Origin: a virus
Taxonomy: Duplodnaviria > Caudoviricetes
Length of the DNA: 64,000 bases
Direction: 5' to 3' (one strand)
IMG/VR virus record: IMGVR_UViG_3300035696_000029
Location: 19,819 to 83,818 of that record
The translations under genes were made by a program, and so were the position numbers. Shown here in pieces: positions 1 to 9,696 of the stretch. The stretch's first letter is position 1. Each line of letters starts with the position of its first letter. The notes beneath the pieces are model-generated. The model saw nothing but the letters and a program-made list of their open reading frames with translations. It had not been told where the DNA came from and did not search any database.

Positions 1-1272
1 TACAACTTGAGATGAAGGAATTAGCGAAGCAACAGGAGGAACATTCATTCCCGATACATACGCGGGAGTGTTAACCGTTGGTCCAGTAGTTTCTTGCTCA
101 GCAACGATAGCCCAATCGGTCGTATCATCAATGGGAGTCTTGCTACCGCGTAGCCAAGTGAAGTTTAACTCGTTGTAAAAACCCGGTATGTTCGTTAATC
201 CTAAGTTGCCTAAGTTAACCGAAGCCAATTGCAATGGATAAGCCGGACCACCCACTTGTCCCGTAAGTAGATCCTCTAACAAATAGGCAACCTTGACACC
301 CTGCGTTTGAGCTAAAGAAAGAGTGCTCTGTACAATCGAGCCGCCCAAAACAGATCCCGGTGTGATATGAAAGAACCATGGATTAGGCGGATTCAAATAG
401 CCTAGCACTAAATTGCCAATGATACCTTCAGGATGATTCAATTGTGTATAGAATGTCTGGCAAACATAGCGATTACCCGCAGCATCAGGCAACACGGTTA
501 AACGATCGTCTGAATAACGACCCGTAAAAGCATAGATCTCTGTAGGCGAGACGTCCCAAATGGAGCTGCCATTTCTGTTAGTGAGGTAAATTGTAAACAG
601 TTGATCCTGAAATGTAATAACTCGTGGATGCTGTTCAAAGTAAAGTTCTACCAGTATACCATCAGGAGAAACGAGAGAAACAGAATTGAATGTAACCAGT
701 GATGATGGATTTGTAGCCGAACGATCAGGAGAATTAAACAACTGTGTTGTAGACAGAATGGCATCATTGTTACTGTCAACATCTAGCTCAAAGACTACCA
801 GACTATGCCCCGGTAGAGACAGAACAGGAGTAACAGGGTCGGTCAGCACAACGGCTACGATCTTGTGCCCATTGCCTAGAACAATAATGTCATAAGCCGA
901 ACGAATGCGCTCTGCTGTAGCTAAAACAACAGGAGCATGCAAAGTGTTAGTTGTGGTATCGAAACGGAATTTAATCAAGTCAAACAAAAGAGGATTAGTT
1001 GCGTTGTTCCGTAATCCTATAATGTGAATGACTTGTCCTGTAGGATCGTAGGCTATAACCGGAGCGAATTCTTGATTAGGAGTAGAAAATGTGTAAGTTG
1101 CTTTGGTTGTAAAACTAGCGCCGATGTAGAAGGAAGTGGACTTTAGAATTACAAAAGTGTTGTCTTGACGAACATTGCTAACAACGTACAGAGCACCACC
1201 CACTTCTATGAACTGAGCGTTTCCTTCCAGGTCAGCTTGTGCCCACGGTTGTGTATCTAAGGTCGTTAACAC
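1..1272 (-). CDS. Truncated virion structural-like protein (beta-rich, >424 aa; runs off the window start)
   Basis: Not in the ORF track. I translated the frame by hand from GTG at 1272 (MLTTLDTQPWAQADLEG...) to position 1 with no stop. It lies directly downstream of the portal and is rich in V/T/S/P with alternating beta-strand patterns. Confidence 0.7.
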   Translation of the reverse strand, partial: MLTTLDTQPWAQADLEGNAQFIEVGGALYVVSNVRQDNTFVILKSTSFYIGASFTTKATYTFSTPNQEFAPVIAYDPTGQVIHIIGLRNNATNPLLFDLIKFRFDTTTNTLHAPVVLATAERIRSAYDIIVLGNGHKIVAVVLTDPVTPVLSLPGHSLVVFELDVDSNNDAILSTTQLFNSPDRSATNPSSLVTFNSVSLVSPDGILVELYFEQHPRVITFQDQLFTIYLTNRNGSSIWDVSPTEIYAFTGRYSDDRLTVLPDAAGNRYVCQTFYTQLNHPEGIIGNLVLGYLNPPNPWFFHITPGSVLGGSIVQSTLSLAQTQGVKVAYLLEDLLTGQVGGPAYPLQLASVNLGNLGLTNIPGFYNELNFTWLRGSKTPIDDTTDWAIVAEQETTGPTVNTPAYVSGMNVPPVASLIPSSQVV

Positions 1273-1277
1273 GAGGA

Positions 1278-3761
1278 CTACATACCTTCTCCGGTACCTT
1301 CCGGACCTTCATCATTGTTGTCAACTTCATTCAGTTGTAGACCTTCAATCACACGCTTGAGCAAATCAGACTTACTTAGAATCAACTCAGACATGCTCTG
1401 ATACAACGAAGAGAGCAATTCGTTAAACTTGGAGTCATTAACCGTGAACAAACTGTCTTCCAATTTGCGCTTGCAATCTTCAGGGTCAATGTTCAGGAAT
1501 TCATAGATAATCTCTACTGGTAAACTACCCTTAGCATAGAGGTTAAACAGCATGTCGTACAAGTCACCCGAATCGCGCAAAGCCATACGGCTAAAGGAAA
1601 TCTTCGGATAGATCCAGCGAGGACGACCCCACTTATCTGTTTCGTAGAAACCCTTCTTCATAGCGATGGGCTTGAAGATCATTTCTTCGACAAGATCGGT
1701 AATCAAATCGCGGAATTGCAAATACGCTGTGTTAAGGATTTCTAATTGAATGCGGTTGCCACTGTAAAGTCCTTCACCAATTAGGATTTCAGGCGAAAGA
1801 CCTAGACCAATGGCAAGGTCAGAGTTTGTGTGTTGATACTCACCGTCTAGCGCCAGCAAGCGAGCTTCAGAACCAATCTCATTCCACTGTGCCTCATAGT
1901 TCACAACGATTGTGAAATCGGGATCGGCCTTAGCTTCATCAATTAATGCGCGCAGGGCAAACACTTCGGACATTGGTACGCCAGGAGCAACAACCATTGT
2001 CTTAGGCGTCATATTGCGAGAAGCAATAGTACTCTGCACCTGACGCAGCTTTTCACGATAGATGCAAGACCGAATTACAGGTTGGATAATCGAACGACCG
2101 TGCAATTCGTAATTTGCTTTCTTACGAGCAAAGTGAACTACATAAGAGCCTTTGAATGGATCCTGATTCAGAGGAATCTTACCTTCCTGCTGAATCTTGT
2201 CCTTAACTTCGTTAGGAACATTCTCAGCTTGCAAGTATTGTTCCTTCTGAGCTTCGGGTGGTTTGTAGTAGATGGTAGGACCGTCGGTTAACGTTCCCTC
2301 GTTACTCATCTCCATTTGTTCAGGTGGAAGAATCTGGATACGGAAGAATCCTCGATACTTCGGATTTGTAATGTGCGAGAAGAGTTCTAGCTCTTCTTTA
2401 CGTTTTTCACGCAACTCCTTCAATTTTTCGAGCAATTGCTTCTTGCGTTCTAAGAGCTTTATGTAATGACGCATCTGCATGAGTTCACGTTGCGTCTGCA
2501 TACTGACACCTAATGCTACAGCATCCTTAGCGGCTCCGCCTAAATCAGCTGGAGTAACAGGCATTCCGCCACCACCACCCCCGCCCATAGGTACAGCCCC
2601 TGCTGCACCACCTTCAGGAACCGTGACATCCGCCATACCCTCCGGTCCTAATGGTGCTCCCTCGCCGCCAGCAGCCGGGTCTGCGCCAGGATCTGCGCCG
2701 GGTTCCCCAGGTGCTCCGCCAGGTGCAGCAGGATCCACAGCAGGAGCAGCGCCAGGGACTGGATCTCCTGGGGCAGCTGTAACCTGAATGGGATACTCAT
2801 CTGCATGATTCACACGACCAACAACCTTAGCAACTTTGCGCTGTTTCTTAAGAAGTTCAGCCTTCTTAGCTTTGATTAGACTGATAACTGAATCTAAAGA
2901 CTCTTCTGGGTCAAACTTGATACCAGCAGTTTTTAATGTGTTAAGAGTATTGGCAGCTTTGGCAATAAGAGATGCTTTGCGAGTAGGCTCAATCCAATCC
3001 ATGATTTGGTCGGCAGTTCCACCCATTGGAGGATTGAATGCAGCTTCGCTTCCAGTTTCGCTATTCTCGCCTGGATCACCCTCTTCCAATTGTTTCTTAG
3101 CAGCGGGACAAGGTTCAACTTTTTCTTTTTCCTCAATGTAATAAAAAGCCTCACCCATCATCCAGTATTCACGAGCACCATCAATCAAAACAGAGAACAA
3201 CTTCTTTTCTCGGCATAATCCTTGATAGAAGTCATAGATGTAGTCTTTGTACTCTTCGCTGGAACACTTAGGTTTATCCAAAGTAACTTTGGACAGAGGA
3301 AGTTCCGTGTGCATGTTGATAGCACGGGAAACAATAGGATCCCGGTCGTAAGCTAGACGATAGAAACGAAGTTCTTCAGCACGAGATTGAGGCAATTCTA
3401 ATGCATCAACAGGAAACTCATAGGAGTAATAACCGATGTTTTGGGAGTCAACAATATCGGCTCCGCCCAGCATACCCTCGCCAAATAGAGCAGCGGTTTT
3501 ACTTTCTCCACCAAATACTAGCGCATTAGCTGCACCACGGATGTTCCGCATCTTGTTGCGATATGCGGTATCATCTACGATTTCACCCTTGGTATTGAGT
3601 GAAGAATAACGACCTGCCGAGGCATACTCGCGTGTTATTCCTGTATTAGGATCAGGACCTGTTGCAACTTTACGAGGCTTACTGTGTCCACCGCCCACAC
3701 GTGTGTTAGTTCCACGTTCGCGAGTACCGACTCTTTTACCTGTTTCTGGAGTTTCTGCCAT
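1278..3761 (-). CDS. Portal protein with a large central insertion
   Basis: Portal-like segments YRLAYDRDPIVSRAINMHTELPLSK and VHFARKKANYELHGRSIIQPVIRSCIYREKLRQVQSTIASRNMTP; 827 aa with a Pro/Ala/Gly-rich and coiled-coil insert. Confidence 0.8.
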   Translation of the reverse strand: MAETPETGKRVGTRERGTNTRVGGGHSKPRKVATGPDPNTGITREYASAGRYSSLNTKGEIVDDTAYRNKMRNIRGAANALVFGGESKTAALFGEGMLGGADIVDSQNIGYYSYEFPVDALELPQSRAEELRFYRLAYDRDPIVSRAINMHTELPLSKVTLDKPKCSSEEYKDYIYDFYQGLCREKKLFSVLIDGAREYWMMGEAFYYIEEKEKVEPCPAAKKQLEEGDPGENSETGSEAAFNPPMGGTADQIMDWIEPTRKASLIAKAANTLNTLKTAGIKFDPEESLDSVISLIKAKKAELLKKQRKVAKVVGRVNHADEYPIQVTAAPGDPVPGAAPAVDPAAPGGAPGEPGADPGADPAAGGEGAPLGPEGMADVTVPEGGAAGAVPMGGGGGGGMPVTPADLGGAAKDAVALGVSMQTQRELMQMRHYIKLLERKKQLLEKLKELREKRKEELELFSHITNPKYRGFFRIQILPPEQMEMSNEGTLTDGPTIYYKPPEAQKEQYLQAENVPNEVKDKIQQEGKIPLNQDPFKGSYVVHFARKKANYELHGRSIIQPVIRSCIYREKLRQVQSTIASRNMTPKTMVVAPGVPMSEVFALRALIDEAKADPDFTIVVNYEAQWNEIGSEARLLALDGEYQHTNSDLAIGLGLSPEILIGEGLYSGNRIQLEILNTAYLQFRDLITDLVEEMIFKPIAMKKGFYETDKWGRPRWIYPKISFSRMALRDSGDLYDMLFNLYAKGSLPVEIIYEFLNIDPEDCKRKLEDSLFTVNDSKFNELLSSLYQSMSELILSKSDLLKRVIEGLQLNEVDNNDEGPEGTGEGM

Positions 3762-3796
3762 GCGTTCCCTCTAAAACTACTTTCGGAATTGACCTT

Positions 3797-4588
3797 TTAT
3801 TCTTCCGGTAGCTCGGAGCCATGCTCTTCTCGGGCAATTTTTTCTTGCCTTGCGACGCTACGGAGCTTGTCCCGATTTCTGATCTCTTCAACTGCTTGTT
3901 CCATCAATTGCTTAGGATCAAGGGCAACCGATGGTGCTACAACACTGTTCACCGGATAAGGTTGATGCTCTTGCTTAACCGGACGAGTCTTATTGCTCTT
4001 CTTTTGCGTTGCAGCACGCTTTTCATTCCAATACTGTAACCGCGACTTACTGAATCGTTCTTCCATAGCTAATGCGGCTGCGACTTTAGTTTGACGAACT
4101 TCACTTAGTCCCTTAACAACAGTTTTCAATTGATCAAAAAGAGGAGTTAGAGCCACTTGATCTTCTGTTGTATGAGCTTCTAACATCTTTCGGTACCAGC
4201 CCATTGAAGACTGAATCTCAGCAAATGCCCGCGAGAGAATAGCTGTTAGCTCGCGTTGCTTAACTTGTTCAAATTTCTGAATCATCAATTCAAGTTCATT
4301 AAGTTGATTGAGAAATTCCTGAATCTTATCACCTAAAGATTCAGCTTGTCTTCGACGAGATACGGCTACATCATCTAAAATAACGGCAACACGATGCAAC
4401 GAGCGACGAGCATCTAAACTAGCTTGTGCTGCCGAACCCATTTGAATGTAACAATGAGTAGAGTCGTAGGGAAGCACTTTTTCTGTAGTACGGATGCCTT
4501 TGACACCTGTTCGGCGTGGCTTAGGTTCAGGCTTAGGAAGTGTGCCAGTATCTTCTACTGGTACTTCTAGTTTGGGATCATCTGGCAT
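3797..4588 (-). CDS. Hypothetical coiled-coil protein (possibly head-associated)
   Basis: 263-aa ORF with heptad-like helical stretches; carries RVA, KVA and KRA motifs; directly upstream of the portal. Confidence 0.6.
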   Translation of the reverse strand: MPDDPKLEVPVEDTGTLPKPEPKPRRTGVKGIRTTEKVLPYDSTHCYIQMGSAAQASLDARRSLHRVAVILDDVAVSRRRQAESLGDKIQEFLNQLNELELMIQKFEQVKQRELTAILSRAFAEIQSSMGWYRKMLEAHTTEDQVALTPLFDQLKTVVKGLSEVRQTKVAAALAMEERFSKSRLQYWNEKRAATQKKSNKTRPVKQEHQPYPVNSVVAPSVALDPKQLMEQAVEEIRNRDKLRSVARQEKIAREEHGSELPEE

Positions 4589-4660
4589 TTAATAATTAAC
4601 CTAACAGCTTGTTAGCAAAATGTCGTTCGAATTCAAATCCTGTACCAAACACTTAGGCTC

Positions 4661-7600
4661 CTAACTTTGCTTCAGGTATTCGTTTGGCACGGAATTAACG
4701 CCGACATCGTTGATATCTAACACTTTACCTTGGTAGCGAACAGTAATTTTATTGCGACCAATTCCTAAAGCTGCTCGAAATCGTTTAATAGTGGTCGGAT
4801 CCATATCGATCAGTTCAGGAACAGCGTTTTTAGGAGCAATCGGAGCAGTTTTCTTTGGTTTCTTGGGTAACGGCACTTCTCCAATCACTTCATCTTCAGA
4901 TTCTGTGGTGGTTATGGGTGTTTCAGGAGTAGAGGACGTCTCTTCGTTGCTCTCTGCCGTAGAGACAGTGGTCTGAGGATCCTCAGGAGGTTCTTCCTTG
5001 CCTAAAATCATTAGAACAGGTCTCTTGACATTGGCAGTCAAAGGTATTGCTCCCAAGAAACCAAATTCAGGAGCGATACCACGATCTTTTACTGTCAATT
5101 CTTGACGAGCTTCATACTGTTCCAGGGTTTCCATCTTATCTTCATCAGCATCGGGAATTTCATCGGTACGCCAGAATTCGTCAAGTTGTAAAGCGGCCAA
5201 TAGAGTACTCTTAATTTCTTTTCGACCGCTTACACTTTCGTGCGCTCCCAACAATCTACTCTTAAAGATAAGATCTGCTGCCGACCATGCTCGTGGATGT
5301 AGATTTTCCTTCAACCAATTGCCTGCTCTATCGACGCGACGAGTGTCTTCGCTAGTTAAAGCTTTGAACAAGTTCTTAACCGTGTCTACGTCAAAATTGG
5401 AAGGTACATAATTCTCCATGCCTGCAATCTTTGTCCAAGCTGCAGGTCTGTGCCCATCATCACCCGTCAAGTGATGCTCAACATCCCAACTCAAGCCGTA
5501 TTCGCAGTCGCACTCAATAGGCACTCGCCAATTCATCTTCTCATGATATTTGCGCAATTTCATCATACGCATAATGCGGGGGATAACAAACGGAACATAC
5601 TCATTCTTTACAGCAAAGTCAATTTCATCGTGAACCGATAGATACAATCGGAAGATGGTTTGAATGGCAGGATCCTTTAAGGTCCAAGCACGGATGCGAT
5701 TCAAACTAATGCGCATGAAATCCCCGGCTAATCCTTGAATCGGGATGTTAACTGCCACACGCTGAATCTTACCCATAAAGCTGTTGTAATCTTTATAATT
5801 GCGAACACCTGAAGTCTGATCCTTCCACAAACGATCGTAAGCAGCTTTACACTTAGCGGCTAACTCTTCGTTGCCATTCTTCTTAGCTTCTTCTTCCTTC
5901 TTGATCAAATTACGATAATCCCAATAAGTATCGGTCTCTTCCTGAGTAGGTTTATGTAGACCCAAGGATTCCATAGCAGATTTGAAATTTATCACCCGGC
6001 CTGTTGCCGTTTGGCAAGTCATGTGCTCTTTAGCTATGGCTTGTTTCTTCTGGCACCAATCGGCAAAGACTGGCACACCTTCCCAGTATTTTGCCACCAT
6101 TCCTTCGCATTCTTCCCAGGTAACATTGGGATCGACTTTCTTCATGCTCTCATAGATGGTGTAAACGGTTCCGCCATACAGCAGAGCGAAATTCATAATC
6201 TTAGCACGATGACGTAAGGCTTTCTTGGTAGCCGCGTCAGTGTTAGGATCATTAAAAGCAGGGAAGACTTTGCTAGCTGTTAGAGCATGAAAGTCACCTT
6301 TACCCTCCAGGAATTCCTTAACGAATTCAGGTTCCCCCGAACAGTTAGCTGCGGCTCGCATTTCAATGTTGGAATAGTCTATGACGAAGAATGTCCAACC
6401 CGGAGGAGCAACCATCAAAGTACGAATGTTGATGACCTGATTAGCATCCATGCGAGTGTTGGGAATCAGAATTTTGAATTTCTCAGCACAAGAAGTACAC
6501 TTAGGAACTAGGCAGATAGCATAGCCCATGTAATTAGCAATGTGGTTATTGACTATGCCCGGAGCCTTTTTGCGAACCTTGTGCTTCTCGATTACAGGTA
6601 GACGGAGAGGAGTGTGCTCGTTTCTTGTAGACTCATCTATGCCGTCTGGGAATTGGTTAGGATAGATAGTTTCGGATTCAACTTCCAATCTATCACTGAG
6701 GCTACCTTCTCTATAATGGGTTTCTTTCCAACCAACTGTGACCTCTTCTTCAACTTCCTTAAAGCAAGACGGATGAAGATCGGCTTCATCGTAGGGAGTA
6801 ATCTCCTCAACAGGAATAAAATCCGGTTCTAAGATATTACCACGGACCCACCAGTTGCCCTCAACTCGTTTAATGCCTTGCGGGTTCAAGCCAAAACCAC
6901 CATCAACATCAAAATCACCACCAGCTGCCGACAGACGACCTCCGGCTACAACATTTTGCTTTAGGTAGATACGAGCACTGTTATCACGCAAGTCGTACCG
7001 TAGTTTCTCAGGGTGAAGAGCAACGTAATCCTTGTACTTTGCAAACAGCTTCAAGAATTCGTCATCCGGATACAGTTTCTTAAGTTCTTCTACCACTTCG
7101 GCATCGCAAGAAGGATTCTTAGCTTCGGTCATGCGAATGATTTTGAACTTCTTTATCTTGAAGAAAAGATTAGCCAGCTGCGGATTGCTATTAGGATTAA
7201 AGCGGTCTTCTTCCTGTACCGTACCGTCTTCTTGTTTCTCTTCCTGGAATCCAGCTTCAAGTGCTAACCGACGCAACTCAGCTTCCATCTCGGCTAAGGT
7301 GTCCTCATGCCACTTGACCGTTCGCTTATGCTTGGGCACATCTACCAAAAAGCGTTGGCGCTCGAGGAAAGTAAGCGACTCAACCATTTCCTGATCGATG
7401 CGATGAATCAAAGCACGACTCTGAGCCTTTTCCCGCATCAATTGCCACAGGAGCCAAGTACAAATAGCGTCACCCGCAGCGTACCAGAGAGCAATCTCCG
7501 TAGGTACCCAAGTGAAAGGTACATATTGAACACGTTGAGTGACTTTCTGTGTCAAAGAATTAAAGAAGTCAGCACGAACCTTCATCAATTCGTCACTCTT

Positions 7601-8320
7601 AATTTGTTCAATGCCTAAAAGTTCTTCGCTTAGAGCCTTTAAGCCTCCGCTGTCTCCTGTGTATTGACCACGTGCTTCATCACCAAAGTCATGCTTAGGA
7701 TCGTTGATGTACTGTAGCACTTGAACATCTTCAAAATACGGATAGCCTCTCAACGTAATGCCCAAGCAGATACGGATAACTTCCCGGTCATACTTAGCGT
7801 GATAAAATACAAGATGACTACGATCAAACAACCATTGTAGAACTTCGGCTACATCTTCACGACTAATGTTATGGCCATCTTCGTGATGGATAGGAACATA
7901 AAGACCTTCAACTCCATCGGCAGACAAACAGATACCCGCTATTTCCATGTTTACTTCGTAACCCAGGGAGAGAGTACCGTCGGGATTTTCTTTTATGATA
8001 GTAAAAATGCGAGTGTCAAGGCCGATGTTCTCAGTGTCAACCGCTATAACAGGCATCTTCTCTTTGGTAAGAAAATGCTCAACATGACGGCTCTCATCCT
8101 CAACAACCCGACGTGCCCAATCCCACAAGGTTGTCTTGTCTGTTACAAGACGGAAAGCTTTCGTAGCCATCCAAGGCTTCTTCAATTTCTCAATGTCAAG
8201 CGTAGCTAAATGCTTACGAAAGACAGTACGAATGTCCCGTTTTTCACGAGGTTTCTTACCAGCAACCTTTTTGGTTTTCTTGAGTTCTTCAGGCTGGATA
8301 TTCTCTTGTTGGACCTTCAT
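4661..8320 (-). CDS. polA: DNA polymerase, family A, with 3'-5' exonuclease
   Basis: ExoI VIAVDTE, ExoII FYHAKYD, ExoIII YAAGDA; polymerase motif A IDYSNIEMR, motif B RHRAKIMNFALLYG, motif C VHDEIDF. Confidence 0.95.
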   Translation of the reverse strand: MKVQQENIQPEELKKTKKVAGKKPREKRDIRTVFRKHLATLDIEKLKKPWMATKAFRLVTDKTTLWDWARRVVEDESRHVEHFLTKEKMPVIAVDTENIGLDTRIFTIIKENPDGTLSLGYEVNMEIAGICLSADGVEGLYVPIHHEDGHNISREDVAEVLQWLFDRSHLVFYHAKYDREVIRICLGITLRGYPYFEDVQVLQYINDPKHDFGDEARGQYTGDSGGLKALSEELLGIEQIKSDELMKVRADFFNSLTQKVTQRVQYVPFTWVPTEIALWYAAGDAICTWLLWQLMREKAQSRALIHRIDQEMVESLTFLERQRFLVDVPKHKRTVKWHEDTLAEMEAELRRLALEAGFQEEKQEDGTVQEEDRFNPNSNPQLANLFFKIKKFKIIRMTEAKNPSCDAEVVEELKKLYPDDEFLKLFAKYKDYVALHPEKLRYDLRDNSARIYLKQNVVAGGRLSAAGGDFDVDGGFGLNPQGIKRVEGNWWVRGNILEPDFIPVEEITPYDEADLHPSCFKEVEEEVTVGWKETHYREGSLSDRLEVESETIYPNQFPDGIDESTRNEHTPLRLPVIEKHKVRKKAPGIVNNHIANYMGYAICLVPKCTSCAEKFKILIPNTRMDANQVINIRTLMVAPPGWTFFVIDYSNIEMRAAANCSGEPEFVKEFLEGKGDFHALTASKVFPAFNDPNTDAATKKALRHRAKIMNFALLYGGTVYTIYESMKKVDPNVTWEECEGMVAKYWEGVPVFADWCQKKQAIAKEHMTCQTATGRVINFKSAMESLGLHKPTQEETDTYWDYRNLIKKEEEAKKNGNEELAAKCKAAYDRLWKDQTSGVRNYKDYNSFMGKIQRVAVNIPIQGLAGDFMRISLNRIRAWTLKDPAIQTIFRLYLSVHDEIDFAVKNEYVPFVIPRIMRMMKLRKYHEKMNWRVPIECDCEYGLSWDVEHHLTGDDGHRPAAWTKIAGMENYVPSNFDVDTVKNLFKALTSEDTRRVDRAGNWLKENLHPRAWSAADLIFKSRLLGAHESVSGRKEIKSTLLAALQLDEFWRTDEIPDADEDKMETLEQYEARQELTVKDRGIAPEFGFLGAIPLTANVKRPVLMILGKEEPPEDPQTTVSTAESNEETSSTPETPITTTESEDEVIGEVPLPKKPKKTAPIAPKNAVPELIDMDPTTIKRFRAALGIGRNKITVRYQGKVLDINDVGVNSVPNEYLKQS

Positions 8321-8331
8321 GCTTGTTTTCT

Positions 8332-8820
8332 CTAAGATGATGACAGGGAAGTTGCAATCTTTTCTACGGAAATAGAGTTAATCTTTTGGAGCAACTCAGT
8401 AAATAATTCATACTCAAAAACACTTCCTGTCCATTCACCTTTTTTAATCATTTCTGTTCGACCACTAGGAATGTCATTGAAAGTTTCATCCTTTTCTGCA
8501 CGATGAACATTCATTTTCTTTTCAACAATGGTAGCTGCTTCTGTCTTAACTGCATCCATGATTCTGATCAACAAAGATTCAGGAATTGCATCCTCATTCG
8601 GAAAACAAACATTGCAACGGAATCGTCCCTTGGAATGTTTGGCCATTGCTTTTTCCATTTCTTTTTGATGCTTTCGAATTTCTCCCATAAGAGACCAAAC
8701 TATTTGACGTTGCTCAGGATACATATGAGGAGTAGGCATCACAGAATGAAGAATCCATTCAGACGCAGCAAGAGAGAATTCTTCTAAATCAAAATCATGA
8801 GAAGGCTTTTTGGTTTTCAT
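8332..8820 (-). CDS. Hypothetical protein
   Basis: 162-aa ORF in an operon with the polymerase; contains one CxxC (CNVC). Confidence 0.6.
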   Translation of the reverse strand: MKTKKPSHDFDLEEFSLAASEWILHSVMPTPHMYPEQRQIVWSLMGEIRKHQKEMEKAMAKHSKGRFRCNVCFPNEDAIPESLLIRIMDAVKTEAATIVEKKMNVHRAEKDETFNDIPSGRTEMIKKGEWTGSVFEYELFTELLQKINSISVEKIATSLSSS

Positions 8821-8831
8821 TTTTATTCCAC

Positions 8832-8882
8832 TGATACCTTAAAAGGTATCATACGCTTGTTTTGATACCTTAAAGGGTATCT
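8832..8882. promoter_or_regulatory. Two tandem palindromic sites (operator or promoter candidates)
   Basis: TGATACCTTAAAAGGTATCA at 8832-8851 and TGATACCTTAAAGGGTATCT at 8863-8882, starts 31 bp apart, upstream of the 162-aa/polA operon. Confidence 0.55.
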
Positions 8883-9570
8883 ATTTGGCTCTCGCGACTT
8901 CATCCACTATTTCTTTTCCCAATACTCGGGCTAGTTTTAAAGCAGCTTTTATCTTCAACCGGGCAGATTCTCGATACCGCTCTTCAGCATCATCTATCTC
9001 TTGACTTTTCAGTACAGCTGTAGATTCGCTGTTAAGATGTTCCGCCTGGAAGTAAATACGCAAGAATTCAGTAGCTTGCTCAATATCTCGGTTGGTTTGT
9101 ATCTCTCGGCGAGCCTTTAGGATGTACGGCTCAGCAAGGTCAGCAAATTCTACAGTGACCGTAACTTCTTGGTCAGGATCTTCTTCTACAATGTTGGGAA
9201 TGTAAGCTAGATGGTATTGCGTCTCAATCCATTTGACAGCTTTGGGGAAAGAATAACCAAGGAGTTCCCGCACAAAACGGACATGATCCCAATATTGTTG
9301 ACCGGGAGGACATCCATAACACCATCCATTGTTGCCCCGCGCCGGAGGATAGATGTTGAAACTGGGAGTAGAATCTGTGCCGTGAAAGGGACAACGGATT
9401 TCACTTCCAGTTTTACCTGTTAGGTCGGCGACTAGATCGGAGAAAAGTACTTCTCGCTCGATTTGTTCTAAACGTTCCGGATTTATTCGGGATTTGGAAT
9501 ATAAGGAATCCAGACTGGATCGTTCAAAATTGACATCTTCAGCATCGGGATAAAAGAGTTCGTCTGGCAC
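8881..9570 (-). CDS. CHC2 zinc-finger protein (DnaG primase zinc-binding-like domain, no TOPRIM seen)
   Basis: CPFHGTDSTPSFNIY...WCYGC followed by WDHVRFVRELLGYSFPKAVKWI, the typical CHC2 pattern. Confidence 0.8.
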   Translation of the reverse strand: MPDELFYPDAEDVNFERSSLDSLYSKSRINPERLEQIEREVLFSDLVADLTGKTGSEIRCPFHGTDSTPSFNIYPPARGNNGWCYGCPPGQQYWDHVRFVRELLGYSFPKAVKWIETQYHLAYIPNIVEEDPDQEVTVTVEFADLAEPYILKARREIQTNRDIEQATEFLRIYFQAEHLNSESTAVLKSQEIDDAEERYRESARLKIKAALKLARVLGKEIVDEVARAK

Positions 9571-9593
9571 ATGTATCTAATACTGTTTTAGAC

Positions 9594-9627
9594 AATAAAG
9601 GGGTGCTAACGTTAGCACCCCTTTATT
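9594..9627. terminator. Perfect 34-bp palindrome; probable intrinsic terminator or attenuator hairpin
   Basis: AATAAAGGGGTGCTAAC followed immediately by its exact reverse complement GTTAGCACCCCTTTATT. Confidence 0.6.
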
Positions 9628-9665
9628 TCAAAAGGAGAACACAAATGAATGAAGTGTTCGACTGT

Positions 9666-9694
9666 ATGATACTAGTAAATTCCAATTGTATCAA
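9666..9694 (-). promoter_or_regulatory. Sigma70-like promoter
   Basis: On the minus strand TTGATA-N17-TATCAT, in the gap upstream of the CHC2 gene. Confidence 0.45.
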
Positions 9695-9696
9695 GA

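Noticed and set aside
6431-6868. Intein or group I intron in the polymerase insert
   Set aside because: No Cys/Ser at the N-junction with His-Asn at the C-junction, no LAGLIDADG motif, and the reading frame is uninterrupted.
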